Assembly (NCBI GenBank): GCA_965655095.1
Contig: OZ296657.1
Coordinates: 27,838,001 to 27,902,000, forward strand
Reading direction: 5' to 3'
Origin: Haplodiscus bocki
Taxonomy: Eukaryota
Length of the DNA stretch: 64,000 nt
Shown: positions 52,206 to 64,000 of the stretch, in pieces
Layout: the number at the start of each line of letters is the position of its first letter
Position numbering within the stretch: position 1 is the first letter of the stretch
Notes under the pieces: generated by a model
The model's database searches: none
What the model saw: the letters and a program-made list of their open reading frames with translations, nothing else
Told to the model about the DNA's origin: nothing
Position numbers and translations under genes: made by a program

Positions 52206-55200
52206 CATACCCTTTTCGTAAGACAAATGACTTGTTAGTTAATGGATTTCAGCTCTTCCTGGAATTTTTCATCCAGCAAAATCTTGGTGTTCGGCGATTC
52301 AGATGCATTTCAACCTGGGAGAAATTACAGGAAAATGCCGCATCTCATTGAAAAATGGATGCCGAAAAGCAAAAAGTTCAATGATCGCCTTAGTTGAACT
52401 TGCATAATAAGTTTGTATGCTGCTTTAAAGCATGCAAGAATATCTTTTAAAAAACATAGACAATTCAGGGATGTTGCATAGGAAATCATATAAAATTTCC
52501 GTGCAACTTATGAAATCTTGGAACAAAATGTATGCAACTTGCAAATTTTGGGAAAAAAAGTGTATGCGTACGTTTGAGCGACTGGGATCACTTTTTTAAG
52601 ATGCGTTCTGTTTATGAAATATTTTTCCGTCCTGAGATAAGTGTTTCCCATGAATGATTTAATTTCAAATACTACTACGGTTGACCAACGTTAAGCAGCG
52701 ACGGCAAACTAAATTCTAAACAGGCTGAAACTGTGTGGGTACATCTAATTATATGCATCACTGAGCCTTTGATGGGAACAACTGATGCCCCTCTAAGGAA
52801 ACCTCTATCAATTCGAACCATATTTTTAATCGGCGCTTTACTAAAAGGATAGATGCCTACTCTAACAATCACTGAACAAAAACTTCGCGTGATAACCACC
52901 TTTTGCATATAATATCAAAATTTTCTAAAAGGCAACTTTGACTAAAGTGGAAAAATTTTGATATTTCAAACGTCAAAATTCTTCTTGATGCTCTTTTTCC
53001 ATTTCTTTTCTCCCAAAACACAAAAGAAAAGAAAAATTTTCGTAATGGCCCCCTATCATTCGATATTATCTCTACTCTTCTATGGCCGTTCTTGTCACTC
53101 TATTATTCGCCACTTTTTCCAACTCAACATTTTACCATGCAAAATTTCCGACTGCAGTAAATCACCACTAAACTGTATAGTACACTAACTTCGATAACAG
53201 GATGAAACTCTTCGCGTGTTATTGACAATTAGTGTCACACAAATATAAAATATATCATACAGTAGTGATTTTAATTATTGCGACTCAGCAATTTTGATAT
53301 GCTTTACAAAATCCTAAGTGGAGAAATAAATAATAGGAGATCAGAGTAAACAACGGTACTCTGAGAAAACTCATTAAAAGGGCTACCGCATGGCTATTGT
53401 ATTTGCTCAAACAAGTACTTCAAAGAGGTAGAAAATTGTATCCCAAAGTTGAGTAAATAATCCATGCAAGCATTGCGAATGTTGACTAATTTTGGCAGTT
53501 TTCGTAAAAAATCTTGACAAAGATGCAAGATAGCAAGAAACAAATTACATAATTTGTCAGTTTTGGTTATTGCCTAGAATTTTCATCTTTAACACTTTCT
53601 TCACCACTTTGAATTTTCAGAAGAAATTGCAAAAAGTAAAAGTATAATTTTAACATCCTATTTTAATATATTGATTTTTAAATTTAATAGATTCAATATA
53701 AGTTTTCAAGTAGTTTTTGAAAATTTTTCCGCCGACAGATGATACCAGCTGTTGTAGAAACATCAGAGGCATCTATTGATGAAATAAAATTCCATAATAA
53801 TTTTTTTAACGTTACGAAATTCTCAAAAGAATGGAAAATTTGGCCAAAAACGCATTTTCTAGTTTTTGCTCTATTCGTTGAAAATTTTTCAAACAACCAC
53901 CATTGTAATCTCCTGAAAATTCTAAGAATATTTTGTTTCTGGTACTTTTGTCCAAAATGATTATTACCGGAGTTATTCGTGCTTAAAGTTGACTTATGCA
54001 TTAAAGTTGTCGCATTAATTAAAACACTACTGTATGGGATCACATATCATGAATCAGAAAAACGTTTCCTGCCCTATTTTCTCAGGACTAAAACCATAAA
54101 ATTTTACGTTGTTATGTTTAATAACGTGTTTTTGGCCATATCATATTTCGTCATGTGTTGTAATGATTGCAGGTAAATTCATACAAAGTGTAAAATGTGA
54201 CAACAAGCTTGAACATGGAAAAGGATATTAGGCTACAATGGAGTATTTTTGAAATAAAGCGCTTAAATTGATGTTTTAGATTAATCTGTCAGTTTTCTTA
54301 GTTGATGTTTCTTTGACGACATTGACAAGTTCAGTCACCAAATTATAAGTTTGACCGGTCTATTACGATCTTACCTCTAAGATGAAAAATAGCGACCCCG
54401 TTCTGCTGCTATGTGGCACGTACGTCAAAAATAAATCAATTGGTCATTTTAAGACCTAACTTTGAAAAGATGCTTTACTCAGCTGATATTCGACTGAAAT
54501 GAGTCAAATGCCAATTTAGGTACACCATGTACCAGCCAAGGGTGACCAAATAATTGGAGAGAAAAATATTGCAATACAATAAATAAAAAGAATTTATTTT
54601 TGATGGCCAGCATTATCAATTATTGCGAAAAATGCAAAAAATCACGGGATTTGACTGATAAATAACTGCCTCGGCCTGCTATAGAGCGCTTACGTAAGTG
54701 TGATGCAACGCGTGTCATGTGGCGTGTGTGGTTTGCTTTGCAGCTACCGCCGGCCTCCGCCGTGCAAACACAGTATGCTACATTAGCCGGCTTGTCTGAG
54801 CTATCGTAGCGTCGTGGAATTGCGTTGCTTCAGTTTTCGCAAGTTGCATGTTAATCTTTACGCATTTATATGGCGTGATGAAATATTCAATAATTGCGAT
54901 ATCAACTAAATAATTGATTTTTCGCAGTAATATATTGGGTGTCAGGACATTTCACCCCGACGACATTTCATCCCGAAGACATTTCACCCCACGGACATTT
55001 CACCCCACGGACATTTCACCCCACTTTTTGAAAAACGAATACAATGAGTCAAGCGGAATAAAAAGAAAGAACAGCTATTGCGTAATTGATGTGTAAATAA
55101 TAGAACAAATTCGATCAAAGGCCTTGAACTAAAAGCCGCCCTTAACTTTTTGAACGCATATTAGTAAACAACGATAAACAAGAATTAAGCATTACGTCAT

Positions 55201-55630
55201 CAACGCAAAATTCTTTGCAAATGCCAATCACAGATTTGTGAGGTTTTAACACAGCAAAAGCTTGTTTATGTTACATATGCCTACACAAATTTTTACTCTT
55301 GAACGAATTTTTCACAACAATATGGAGCATGAGTAGCCAGGTGGTAAAACAATTGCCAGTGGTCTGATATACATGAGCTCGTTTCTAGTCCAGTCCCCGA
55401 ATTTTTCGAAAATATTCAAGACTTCCTGAATCCCAATTTTCCCAAATTCCCTATTTCCGGGACTTGGAAGATCGGGATGGGGTGAGGGGGGAAAGGAAAA
55501 AACCTTGATATCGTCCTAGTTACTGTGCTAAAGTTTCGCTGGGAAAAGCCTTGTAGTTTTTGAGAAAACCGAATTTTTTGAGAATTCAGGCACGATACAG
55601 GAAATAATTATAATAATTTATTCATAATGT

Positions 55631-56145
55631 TCAATTTGACATTGACAAGGAAGCCATCGCTCTCAGGAAGGCAATTGTGTTTTCATGCTGATGACGTTCA
55701 ATTGCGTTTTTCACCTTCGCCTCCAGTTCTCGGTACTTTTTTCTTCTTGAAAGTTTCAAAGCCAGCGACAGTTCTGGGTCGTACAAGTTTTTCAGCCCGA
55801 GTTCGCCTATTTTACGGATAAAATTCTGCGATAAGTGGAAGAAGCATCCCGATATACTGGCATTGGGCAAAGCTTTTTCGAAGGCTTTCATAGCAGCTAG
55901 CTCAAAATCGATCAAAACTTTATCGGGAGCTGCATTCGGGAGGGGCGACAACAAAACATCCAGAAAACGTTTATATGTGCTTTCTGTTTTGTTTGGTAAA
56001 AATCCGTACACGCACAATACAAAATATTTTGGGCACAATTCCAAGCTGTGGTTAACTTTTTCTCTCTTTGCTTGTAATATTCGTATCCGTCGACTACCAG
56101 ATTTGTTTTCAATTTGCTAGATTGCACAAATTCAAGGCTACTCAT
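55631..56145 (-). pseudogene. MULE transposase remnant (FLYWCH-like start fused to part of the MULE domain)
   Basis: LVVDGYEYYKQ...AWNC (FLYWCH-like), then CVYGFLPNKTESTYKRFL...VLIDFELAAMKAFEKALPNASISGCFFHLSQ (DFE and CxxH motifs). Large internal deletions. Confidence 0.88.
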
Positions 56146-56456
56146 GGTCGTGTTGTTTTTGAGTTCAGTTGTTTAGTGAGTGAGTTTGAGATACCTTTTC
56201 ACCTCGTGGTTTCACACTTTGCTTTCACACTTGATTTTCACACTTGTTTTGAGGCAGCGGAAATGAATTACGTCGCTTTTGTGAATTGCGTCTACTTATC
56301 TAATTAAATTGCATCTAGAAACGCGGAAATATTAATGTCTTCATTGAGAACGCTAATTACCTTTAATCGATGGGCATAATCATATTATAGATTGCTACTG
56401 GTTTATAAAGAATGTCGTTAGGCCACACTAATTATTAAATTCGGAGTGACGTCCTT

Positions 56457-57170
56457 GGGGTGAAATGTACATGGGGTGAAACGTACATGGGGTGAAACGT
56501 ACGTGGGGTGAAACGTACGTGGGGTGAAACGTACGTGGGGTGAAACGTACGTGGGGTGAAACGTACGTGGGGTGAAACGTACATGGGGTGAAACGTACGT
56601 GGGGTGAAACGTACGTGGGGTGAAACGTACGTGGGGTGAAACGTACGTGGGGTGAAACGTACGTGGGGTGAAACGTACGTGGGGTGAAACGTACGTGGGG
56701 TGAAACGTACGTGGGGTGAAACGTACGTGGGGTGAAACGTACGTGGGGTGAAACGTACGTGGGGTGAAACGTACGTGGGGTGAAACGTACGTGGGGTGAA
56801 ACGTACGTGGGGTGAAACGTACGTGGGGTGAAACGTACGTGGGGTGAAACGTACGTGGGGTGAAACGTACGTGGGGTGAAACGTACGTGGGGTGAAACGT
56901 ACGTGGGGTGAAACGTACGTGGGGTGAAACGTACGTGGAGTGAAACGTACGTGGGGTGAAACGTACGTGGGGTGAAACGTACGTGGGGTGAAACGTACGT
57001 GGGGTGAAACGTACGTGGGGTGAAACGTACGTGGGGTGAAACGTACGTGGGGTGAAACGTACGTGGGGTGAAACGTACGTGGGGTGAAACGTACGTGGGG
57101 TGAAACTTACGTGGGGTGAAATGTACCGGGCTGAAATGTCCCGGGTTGAAATGTCTTCGGGGTGAAATGT
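56457..57170. repeat. 16-bp minisatellite (GGGGTGAAACGTACGT)n, roughly 40-45 copies, within the MULE TIR
   Basis: Nearly perfect tandem units; the opposite TIR has only ~5 related units (GACATTTCACCCCACG) at 54946-55024. Confidence 0.97.
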
Positions 57171-60100
57171 CATGTAACCAATATATTGTTTCTTGCCAAA
57201 AAACAATACAATAATTGTATTGTGGAGATGCAATATTTTTGCAATAAATTATTGGTCACCCTTGGTACCAACACGAGGCTAATAAATGTGACTGTGATGA
57301 GACCAGCGATACATTAAGTAAAGGATGTATCTCTTTAAAATTGTTGTGTGCAATTATGAATAAACGATTGGATATGATCGTTACCGGTCACAGTTAAATT
57401 TTTGACCTATTTTTGAAAATTATGCAATGAATTTATAAAACTAAATGAGAGCTCAAATAAACGAAGAATAGTCCGATATGTTGCACAAACCCTGATGTAT
57501 TATATTAGTATTTTTTTTATTGATGTAAACAATTTCATAGTCAGGTCAAAGATTGAGGTCAATCAACATATGTTGTAATTTATTCTACAGAATCACTCAA
57601 GAGCCGTCATATCAAACAATAGTTAACTCACTTGATCCCATGTGCAATATTTTGCTCAACACAAACGAGACAGGTCAAAATCAAGTCAACGCCTATTTTT
57701 TTTGTATTCTGACTTTTCTCATGAAGTGAAGAATGAAGTCATGAGCGCATAGACATAAGGTTTAACACAAGAATCTATGCTTTGTGGAAAAAAATACCGA
57801 GGCTAAACAATTCTTCAACAACACTTGCAACATATGGGTGCCTACCTGTAAACGAAAACCAAAAAATAGCCAGCGTAAAAAAGACGCCGAAATCAATCGA
57901 AACCAGGAAAGTTCATTTTTTTGAATTGATGTACGCTCAAAAGCTAACCGAAAAATTCTTTAGTTTTTAAAACATTATATTTCCGGTTGATTCACACCGG
58001 AACCTTGAAGTCTATTATTCAGTTTCCTCTGAGAACACGTTCAATAGGTTGCACTTACCCTAATTGAATAAATTGTCGACTTTTTCGAGTACAAGTAAAC
58101 ACATTTCATTGAAAAAAGCAACTGACGACTTCTGCAACTTTTATTAGTGACCTCCAAGTACGATAAATCAAATGAGTTTGATGGAATGCGAGAGATATAA
58201 TTGAAGGAAACGATGCTGGCAAAAGACCAAACATAAAACTCCTTTGCTTTACTTTTTACATGATATGAGATTTCACTAGAGAAAGATAAGTCAGAACTTC
58301 GGCGCTCCCTCCGTTGATCCTTAGGAGAACGATTTTTCGAAGTAATCATGAATCGGCAATGTTTGTATAACAGTCTACAAGAAAGCACCTTCGAAGAACG
58401 AGAACTTATAAAACTTTTAGTTCTTCATTTAGATTTTGCACATTTTTAGTCACAAAGTTATAAAACAGCTGAAACCTGCCAATAGGAAGGCCTCTAAAAA
58501 GTAGGCAGCTGAATTTGGGCTTGATGAACACAATTTGACTGGTAATTGTAATTGAACACACTTTCAATGAACGACACATTTAAAATTTTTCACTTTAACT
58601 TCGAAGGTACCAATTAGAGTATGGAAGTTCCTCCGAAAACATTTCAAGTTGCAAGTTTATGAATAAGCGCTAGATGGACCCAATACAGCTAGTAGTCAAA
58701 GAGGAAAACAACATTGAGCAATGACGAAAGTGCTGAGTTCACTTCTTCGTTTTCGTATCGTTATCGTACAAAAAGTACCAGTCAGGGTATCCAAATAACA
58801 TTGCTGAACGTCTAGACCATGAGTAGTTCAATCGGCAGTGGACCAAAATTTTGCGAAAATTATACACTGAAGTACACTTTTAATGATTGATCGAAATAAA
58901 ACCATCACTGGGTTTCAGAATTTCTTCTATAGTTTCAAATACGGACCACTGTAGTTGTTGTCATCAAGCAACACGAGGGGACAGACGTAACACAAAGCCA
59001 CGTGAAAAAGTTTTGACAGGCAACAACGCAGCTTGAACCAACTCCAACTCGTACTTTCCAAGCAAATGCATAAATAGCGCGTTGGAGAAGCACGCAAATG
59101 AAACGAGAGTCGTCTGTAACACACATCACTTCGCTTCACTTGCTTCCTTTGTAATTATTCATTCAAAACTATTTTTTTTTTCGTCTGTTTTAATGTAATC
59201 ACGTGGTGGTTCCCCACTTTTTATTTTCCTTTTCATCAGTTTGGCGTTACGCAAACCGTGGTATACTTACTTTAGCCATTAGTTCACATCGTATTTAAAG
59301 CTATAGTTAAACATGTGACATCACCTTCGGAGACAACTTGGTTGGATGACAAACGGAAAGACATCCGAAAAGGATTCAACTTATGGATGACCGCAATTTC
59401 ATGACAATTGTCTGATGTACAGCTTACACTTCTGTTGCCTGGAAATGTCGGAAATACAGTAAAAAAATTGTCTCACTCAGTTGGATTTGTTTCACAGCAT
59501 TTTGTTGTTGAAAAGTTGGCGATAATAAAACTTGAATCAATTCAGTTGGGTAAACAAACTTGATTCACAGCAATGAAAACAATCAAATTGAAACTCAGAT
59601 CGAGGAGGAAGGCTACGGGAACTCTTTCTAACATCTAGACAGTTTTTTTCTTCAATTTTCAAGCGAATTCACAAGTCTTTTAAAACACTATATTTGCAAG
59701 GGTTAGATAAGAAGTATATTTTGTCTTCACAGCAGGTAGAAATTGACATCGCAACGCTATTTGGACCACCATGGAGAAAATTTTCTGACCAAGAATGGCG
59801 ATAGAAATACGATCAACAAAAAATCCTTAGGACGTTACAGCAGTGATTTGAACAAATGCGATCATGGAAACTTCTCTCCGAATGTGGAATAATTTCACTA
59901 ATGACCACATATATCGGCTTACACTTAATTAATAAAGCTGTTGATATGTGATCAGAATGAGGGTGCTCTTTCTAGTCTTGAGATTAAACTAAGACGTGCA
60001 AACCCACACGTACCATAATTAGATAATACGACTTGGACAAACTTTTGGTCAGCGACTGTCCTCAAGTATCCATTCAAATTTTCTTCAGAAAGACGCGGGC

Positions 60101-61009
60101 GGAAAACGAAGATTAAAATAAGTTGCTTTGGTGTACTAAATTTTTTTCAAAAAATCTCAATCATCAAATTCTCCCGTTATTAGTATTCTGAGCCATCTTA
60201 GATCCTTGATGACTGGTTGGTTCCAGTCTTTCCAAGAAGTTTACAGACTCAAGGGTACATTTTGCAAACAAGTATTTTTTAGTCGAGACTAATGGAGACA
60301 AGTATCACTAGTTGCAAATTTCTGGCAATGTAGGGAACAAACTTGAAAACAGTGGAAAAGACGAAGCTTCTACGATTGATGAATCGTCCGATGCGATCAA
60401 TGATATCCAACTGGGAGTTTCGGAGAAAAAAAACAGTTCAAAAATAATAAAAATTGCACAAGTAATTTAAAATTTTGGCATTGTTGCCCTATCAAGAGTC
60501 GGATGGAAGAAGTAAAACCACAACGTATTATGAAGAATCTTTTTCAAAACGGAAAAATGTCAATTAAGACCTGGATGGAAGAACTCGAGCTGGCAGTTGG
60601 GAAAAATGACTACAAAAAAGTAGAAAAGGAAGACTAAATGCACTTTTTGACGTTTTCGACCAATCTGGATTCCGATCAAAATTATCAAAAACTAGTATCA
60701 AGACCGTAATTTTTACTGTGAGTAGCACTTCTACCAAAAAGCATTCTATCGATTGAAGCATTATTGAAAACAATCTAGTGGGTGCTTTTGAATGAAGAAA
60801 ATGATTTTCATTATCTTTTTGGCATTTTCCATCTAGCAGGATTCCGATGTTGAAGAACAACACCAGAAGAATATTTTTCCAGAACCTTTTTACAAAAAAT
60901 TGAAAACTGTAGGCGAAGCTCTCTGTGGAAGACATGCGTCCGACTTTTGTCTTAGGAATTTTGTAGGAAAATGAATTCGAATATGGAGAAAAATCAAAAC
61001 GAACTGCAT

Positions 61010-61140
61010 TTTTATTTTTCGCAGTATATGTAATATACAAGAAAAATTATTCATTCAGTAGGGTCGTTTTTCTTTTTTTTATTTTTCGCAGTATATGTAA
61101 TATACAAGAAAAATTATTCATTCAGTCGGGTCGTTTTTTT
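61010..61140. repeat. 67-bp tandem duplication
   Basis: TTTTATTTTTCGCAGTATATGTAATATACAAGAAAAATTATTCATTCAGT.GGGTCGTTTT present twice (GCAGT at 61021 and 61088). Confidence 0.9.
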
Positions 61141-61182
61141 TCAGACTAAAACTGCCAACTTTTTATTCAAAAATAAATGACA

Positions 61183-61255
61183 GCAGTGGGGTTAGGACAA
61201 CAAGGTTCTCAAGTGGTAGGTTCGGGGTTCGAGTCCCTCTCGTGTCAAACTTTTT
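61183..61255 (+). mobile_element. tRNA-derived SINE head-like sequence
   Basis: A-box-like AGTGGGGTTAGG and B-box GGTTCGAGTCCC followed by a T-run; no acceptor stem or anticodon arm recognisable. Confidence 0.5.
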
Positions 61256-61269
61256 TACGATTTATCCTC

Positions 61270-62960
61270 AACAGTTTTTGATACCCGAATTAGTGAAACA
61301 CTAAAGGGTTCCTTTAGGAAGTTTTTCGATTTTCGACACTGTGAGACAAAAAATTTTCGACGGAAAATCTTGATACTCCCCCCTTATCTTATCCAAACTT
61401 TGTCGATACCCGAAATTAATGCAACAGTAAAGGATTCCCCTACAGAAATTTTCGGCACTGTGAGACAAAAAATTTTAGACGGAAAATCTTGACACCCCCC
61501 CCCCCCCCTCTTGTCCAAACTTTTTCGATACCCGAAATTATTGCAACAGCAAAGGATTCCCCTACGGAAATTTCGGCACTGTGAGACAAAAAATTTTAGA
61601 CGGAAAATCTTGACACCCCCCCCCTCTTGTCCAAACTTTTTCGATACCCGAAATTATTGCAACAGCAAAGGATTCCCCTACGGAAATTTCGGCACTGTGA
61701 GACAAAAAATTTTCGACGTTAAATCTTGATACTCCCCCCCCGTCTTATCCATAAACTTTTTCCCTACCGTAAATTTTCTGAAACACAGCACAGAACAGTT
61801 CACCTACGAAACTTTTCGGCACTGTGAGACAAAAAAATTTCGACAGAAAATCGAAAATTGTGGCATAACCCTCCGAAGCATAAAAATTTTCGATACCCGA
61901 AATTAGTGAAACACTAAAGGGTTCCTCTACGAAATTTTTCGGCACTGTGAGACAAAAACTTTTCGACGGAAAATCGCGATACTTCCTCCCCCCTCTTATC
62001 CAAAATTTTTCGATACCCGAAATTAGTGAAACACTAAAAGATTCCCCTACGAAATTTTTCGGCACTGTGAGACAAAAAAATTTCGACAGAAAATCAAAAA
62101 TTGTGACATAACCCTCCGAAGCATAAAAACTTTCGATACCCGAAATCAGTGAAACACTAAATGGTTCCCCTACGAAATTTTTCGGCACTGTGAGACAAAA
62201 AAATTTCGACAGAAAATCGAAAATTGTGACATAACCCTCCGAAGCATAAAAACTTTCGATACCCGAAATCAGTGAAACACTAAAGGGTTCCCCTACGAAA
62301 TTTTTCGGCACTGTGAGACAACAAATTTTCTATAGAAACTCGTGATATGCCCCCTCTTATCCATAAATTTTTTTCGATACCAGAAAACTTCCGGAAAACA
62401 GAAGGGTTCCTTTACAAAGCTTTCCGTTTCGGTCCTGTGAGACAAAAAATTTCGACAAAACCAAGATGCCCCCCCCTCCTATACATGAAAATTTTCGATA
62501 AAAGAATTTTTTGTGAAACACCAAAGTGTTCTCCAATGAAATATTTCGGTACAGTGAGACAAAAACTTCGACGGAAAATCGTGATACTCCCCCCCCCTCT
62601 TATCCATAAAATATTTTTCCCTAGCAGAAATTTTCTGAAACACAGAATGGTTCCCTGGCGAAGTTTTTTCGGTCCTGTGAGATAAAAAATTTTCGACAAA
62701 ACCGTGAAGCTTCCCGCCTCCTTTGCTTGACATTTTTCGATACCAGAATTCTTTCGAAACACAGAAGGGTTCTCCTACGAATTTTATCGGCACTGTGAGA
62801 CAAAGATTTTTCAACGGAGTTTAGTGATATCCCCTTCTTATGCATAAAATTTTTCGCTACCCGAAATTTTCTGATTCACCGAAGTGTTCCCCAACGAATT
62901 TTTCGGTACTGTGAGACAAAAAATTTTGAACGAAAAGTCGTGATACCCCCCTCTTTTGCA
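61270..62960. repeat. Satellite-like tandem array, ~115-125-bp unit, ~14 copies
   Basis: Repeated TTTTCGATACCCGAAATT...AAAGGGTTCCCCTACGAAATTTTTCGGCACTGTGAGACAAAAAATTTTCGACGGAAAATC with variable C-tracts and at least two subtypes. Confidence 0.95.
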
Positions 62961-63083
62961 TAGAATATAGAAATCAGTGGTGGAATTGATGTTTGTAGAA
63001 AACTTTCGCAAACCAGATTTTAAACAGTAGTCTCGTTTTTAACTGTGGGCAAATATGTTGATCAAAATATTTGTATTCCTGCG

Positions 63084-63117
63084 AAAAATATGCCGGTGCT
63101 AGTCGGCCGTCTTGTTT
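63084..63117 (+). mobile_element. 3' terminus of dispersed Helitron-like repeat family
   Basis: AAAATATGCCGGTGCTAGTCGGCCGTCTTGTT. Confidence 0.6.
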
Positions 63118-64000
63118 GTAATTCCACGACTTTGGAGAAATGCACGAGACTTTCATGCAAAAACATCAATGAATTTTGTGTTATTCCGGGGCCCAGAGTC
63201 TAACCTGAACGGTCAACAACAAGGACACCGAAAGTCCGGAATAAGTCCGGAAAGTTTCATTTGATAACGTTGAAATTCCTGGTTTTTAAATTTGGTTCTA
63301 TATTTTTTTTCGGGTCCTTTACACAAGCGAAGATTTGCAGCACTTTTTCTCAAAGACTTTTTTGAAAACGCGTTGTGTGAGTGGTTAGCAAAATAGAACT
63401 TTATTTGGGGAAAATGAGAACATTTTCTTGTAAACCCCGTAAATGCTATCGAGAAATTTTTTCTACTGCGAAAAGTTTTGAAAGGTGTATAAAGTTTTTG
63501 GAAGTAGACAAGTAACGCCTTGTAGACTGACTTGAATTTGGTACCTCTTGATCACCTAACCGCGGTAACACGGTGCCAATGACTGCATCACGAAGTCTGT
63601 GTGTCATGCGTAATTTCTAGAAAAGAAAAAAAACCTCCACTACCGAAATAATTTTTCTTTGAAAAAAAAATTCAATGGAAAATATAGACTTCGAAATTCC
63701 CAAAATTGGTCTCTAAATTTCCAGAGGAGTTTTTTGAGCCATCGGGTTAGGAAAGTTTATGAATTCTTGGAGTTTCTCTAACTCAAGGCGAAAAATATTC
63801 GACTGGTGTCCGAAACTGTTTTGGGGCTATCCCAAAAAGCATATTCATAATATGGCACAGTGAATATCCATCACGTTTTAACTTAACTACGCGAAGTAAA
63901 CATAGCTAATTAAAAATGGTGGGACAGTTGGAGTTCAGTTCACGAGCAAAAATACGAATTGATCGTTCACGCGGAGTTAGCAAATCAGCGCCTGAGAAAG

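Larger units (their letters stand above)
54938..57179 (-). mobile_element. Mutator-like (MULE) element with repeat-containing (Foldback-type) TIRs, internally deleted
   Basis: 9-bp TSD AATATATTG (54929-54937, 57180-57188); TIRs GGTGTCAGGACATTTCACCCCG / rc GGTTACATGACATTTCACCCCG. Confidence 0.92.
54537..57264. mobile_element. hAT-type MITE (~480 bp own length) carrying a nested MULE
   Basis: TIRs CAAGGGTGACCAA / TTGGTCACCCTTG; 8-bp TSD GTACCAGC (54529-54536) / GTACCAAC (57265-57272). Confidence 0.78.

Noticed and set aside
52246-52352. Possible M4 exon after TTTCAG
   Set aside because: Translation shows no ID..SR..FP or hydrophobic M4 helix.
56418-57233. 271-aa ORF with PRTFHPTYVSPHVRFT repeats
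   Set aside because: Translation artefact of the 16-bp minisatellite in the MULE TIR.
61183-61255. tRNA genes at 61183, 43455 and 11570
   Set aside because: Only B-box/T-arm-like parts are present; no cloverleaf, so treated as SINE heads.
61511-62845. Several ORFs of 72-188 aa
   Set aside because: Overlapping frames of the 120-bp satellite; no protein motif.
61330-62920. CACAGTG (RSS heptamer, minus strand) next to ACAAAAA in each satellite unit
   Set aside because: The nonamer-like run is on the wrong side and strand and not at 12/23-bp spacing; not an RSS or Transib end.

Overview
AT-rich, intron- and transposon-dominated animal DNA. The repeat style is reminiscent of an acoel or similar marine invertebrate, but that is an impression only. 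The only host gene I can support is a + strand, anion-selective Cys-loop ligand-gated ion channel subunit (GABA-A/glycine/RDL-type). Three phase-compatible exons are visible (16145-16342, 31527-31698, 43700-~43990), separated by 15.2 kb and 12.0 kb introns; the N-terminal and M4 exons were not found. The rest is mobile-element debris: long Gypsy-type LTRs (one solo LTR has a perfect 5-bp TSD), a decayed BEL/Pao element, two MULE elements with 9-bp TSDs, a hAT MITE, a GGG-ended MITE, tRNA-derived SINE heads, a dispersed family with a Helitron-like 3' hairpin, and satellites. The most unusual signal lies inside the solo LTR at 1707-3398: an array of about 10 palindromes (AGTGA-N13-TCACT) at ~66-bp spacing, with variable loops, non-repeating spacers and covarying outer stems. 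Three long LTRs also each carry a splice-acceptor-preceded ORF starting hundreds of bases inside the LTR. Most ORFs in the supplied track are noise or repeat artefacts.
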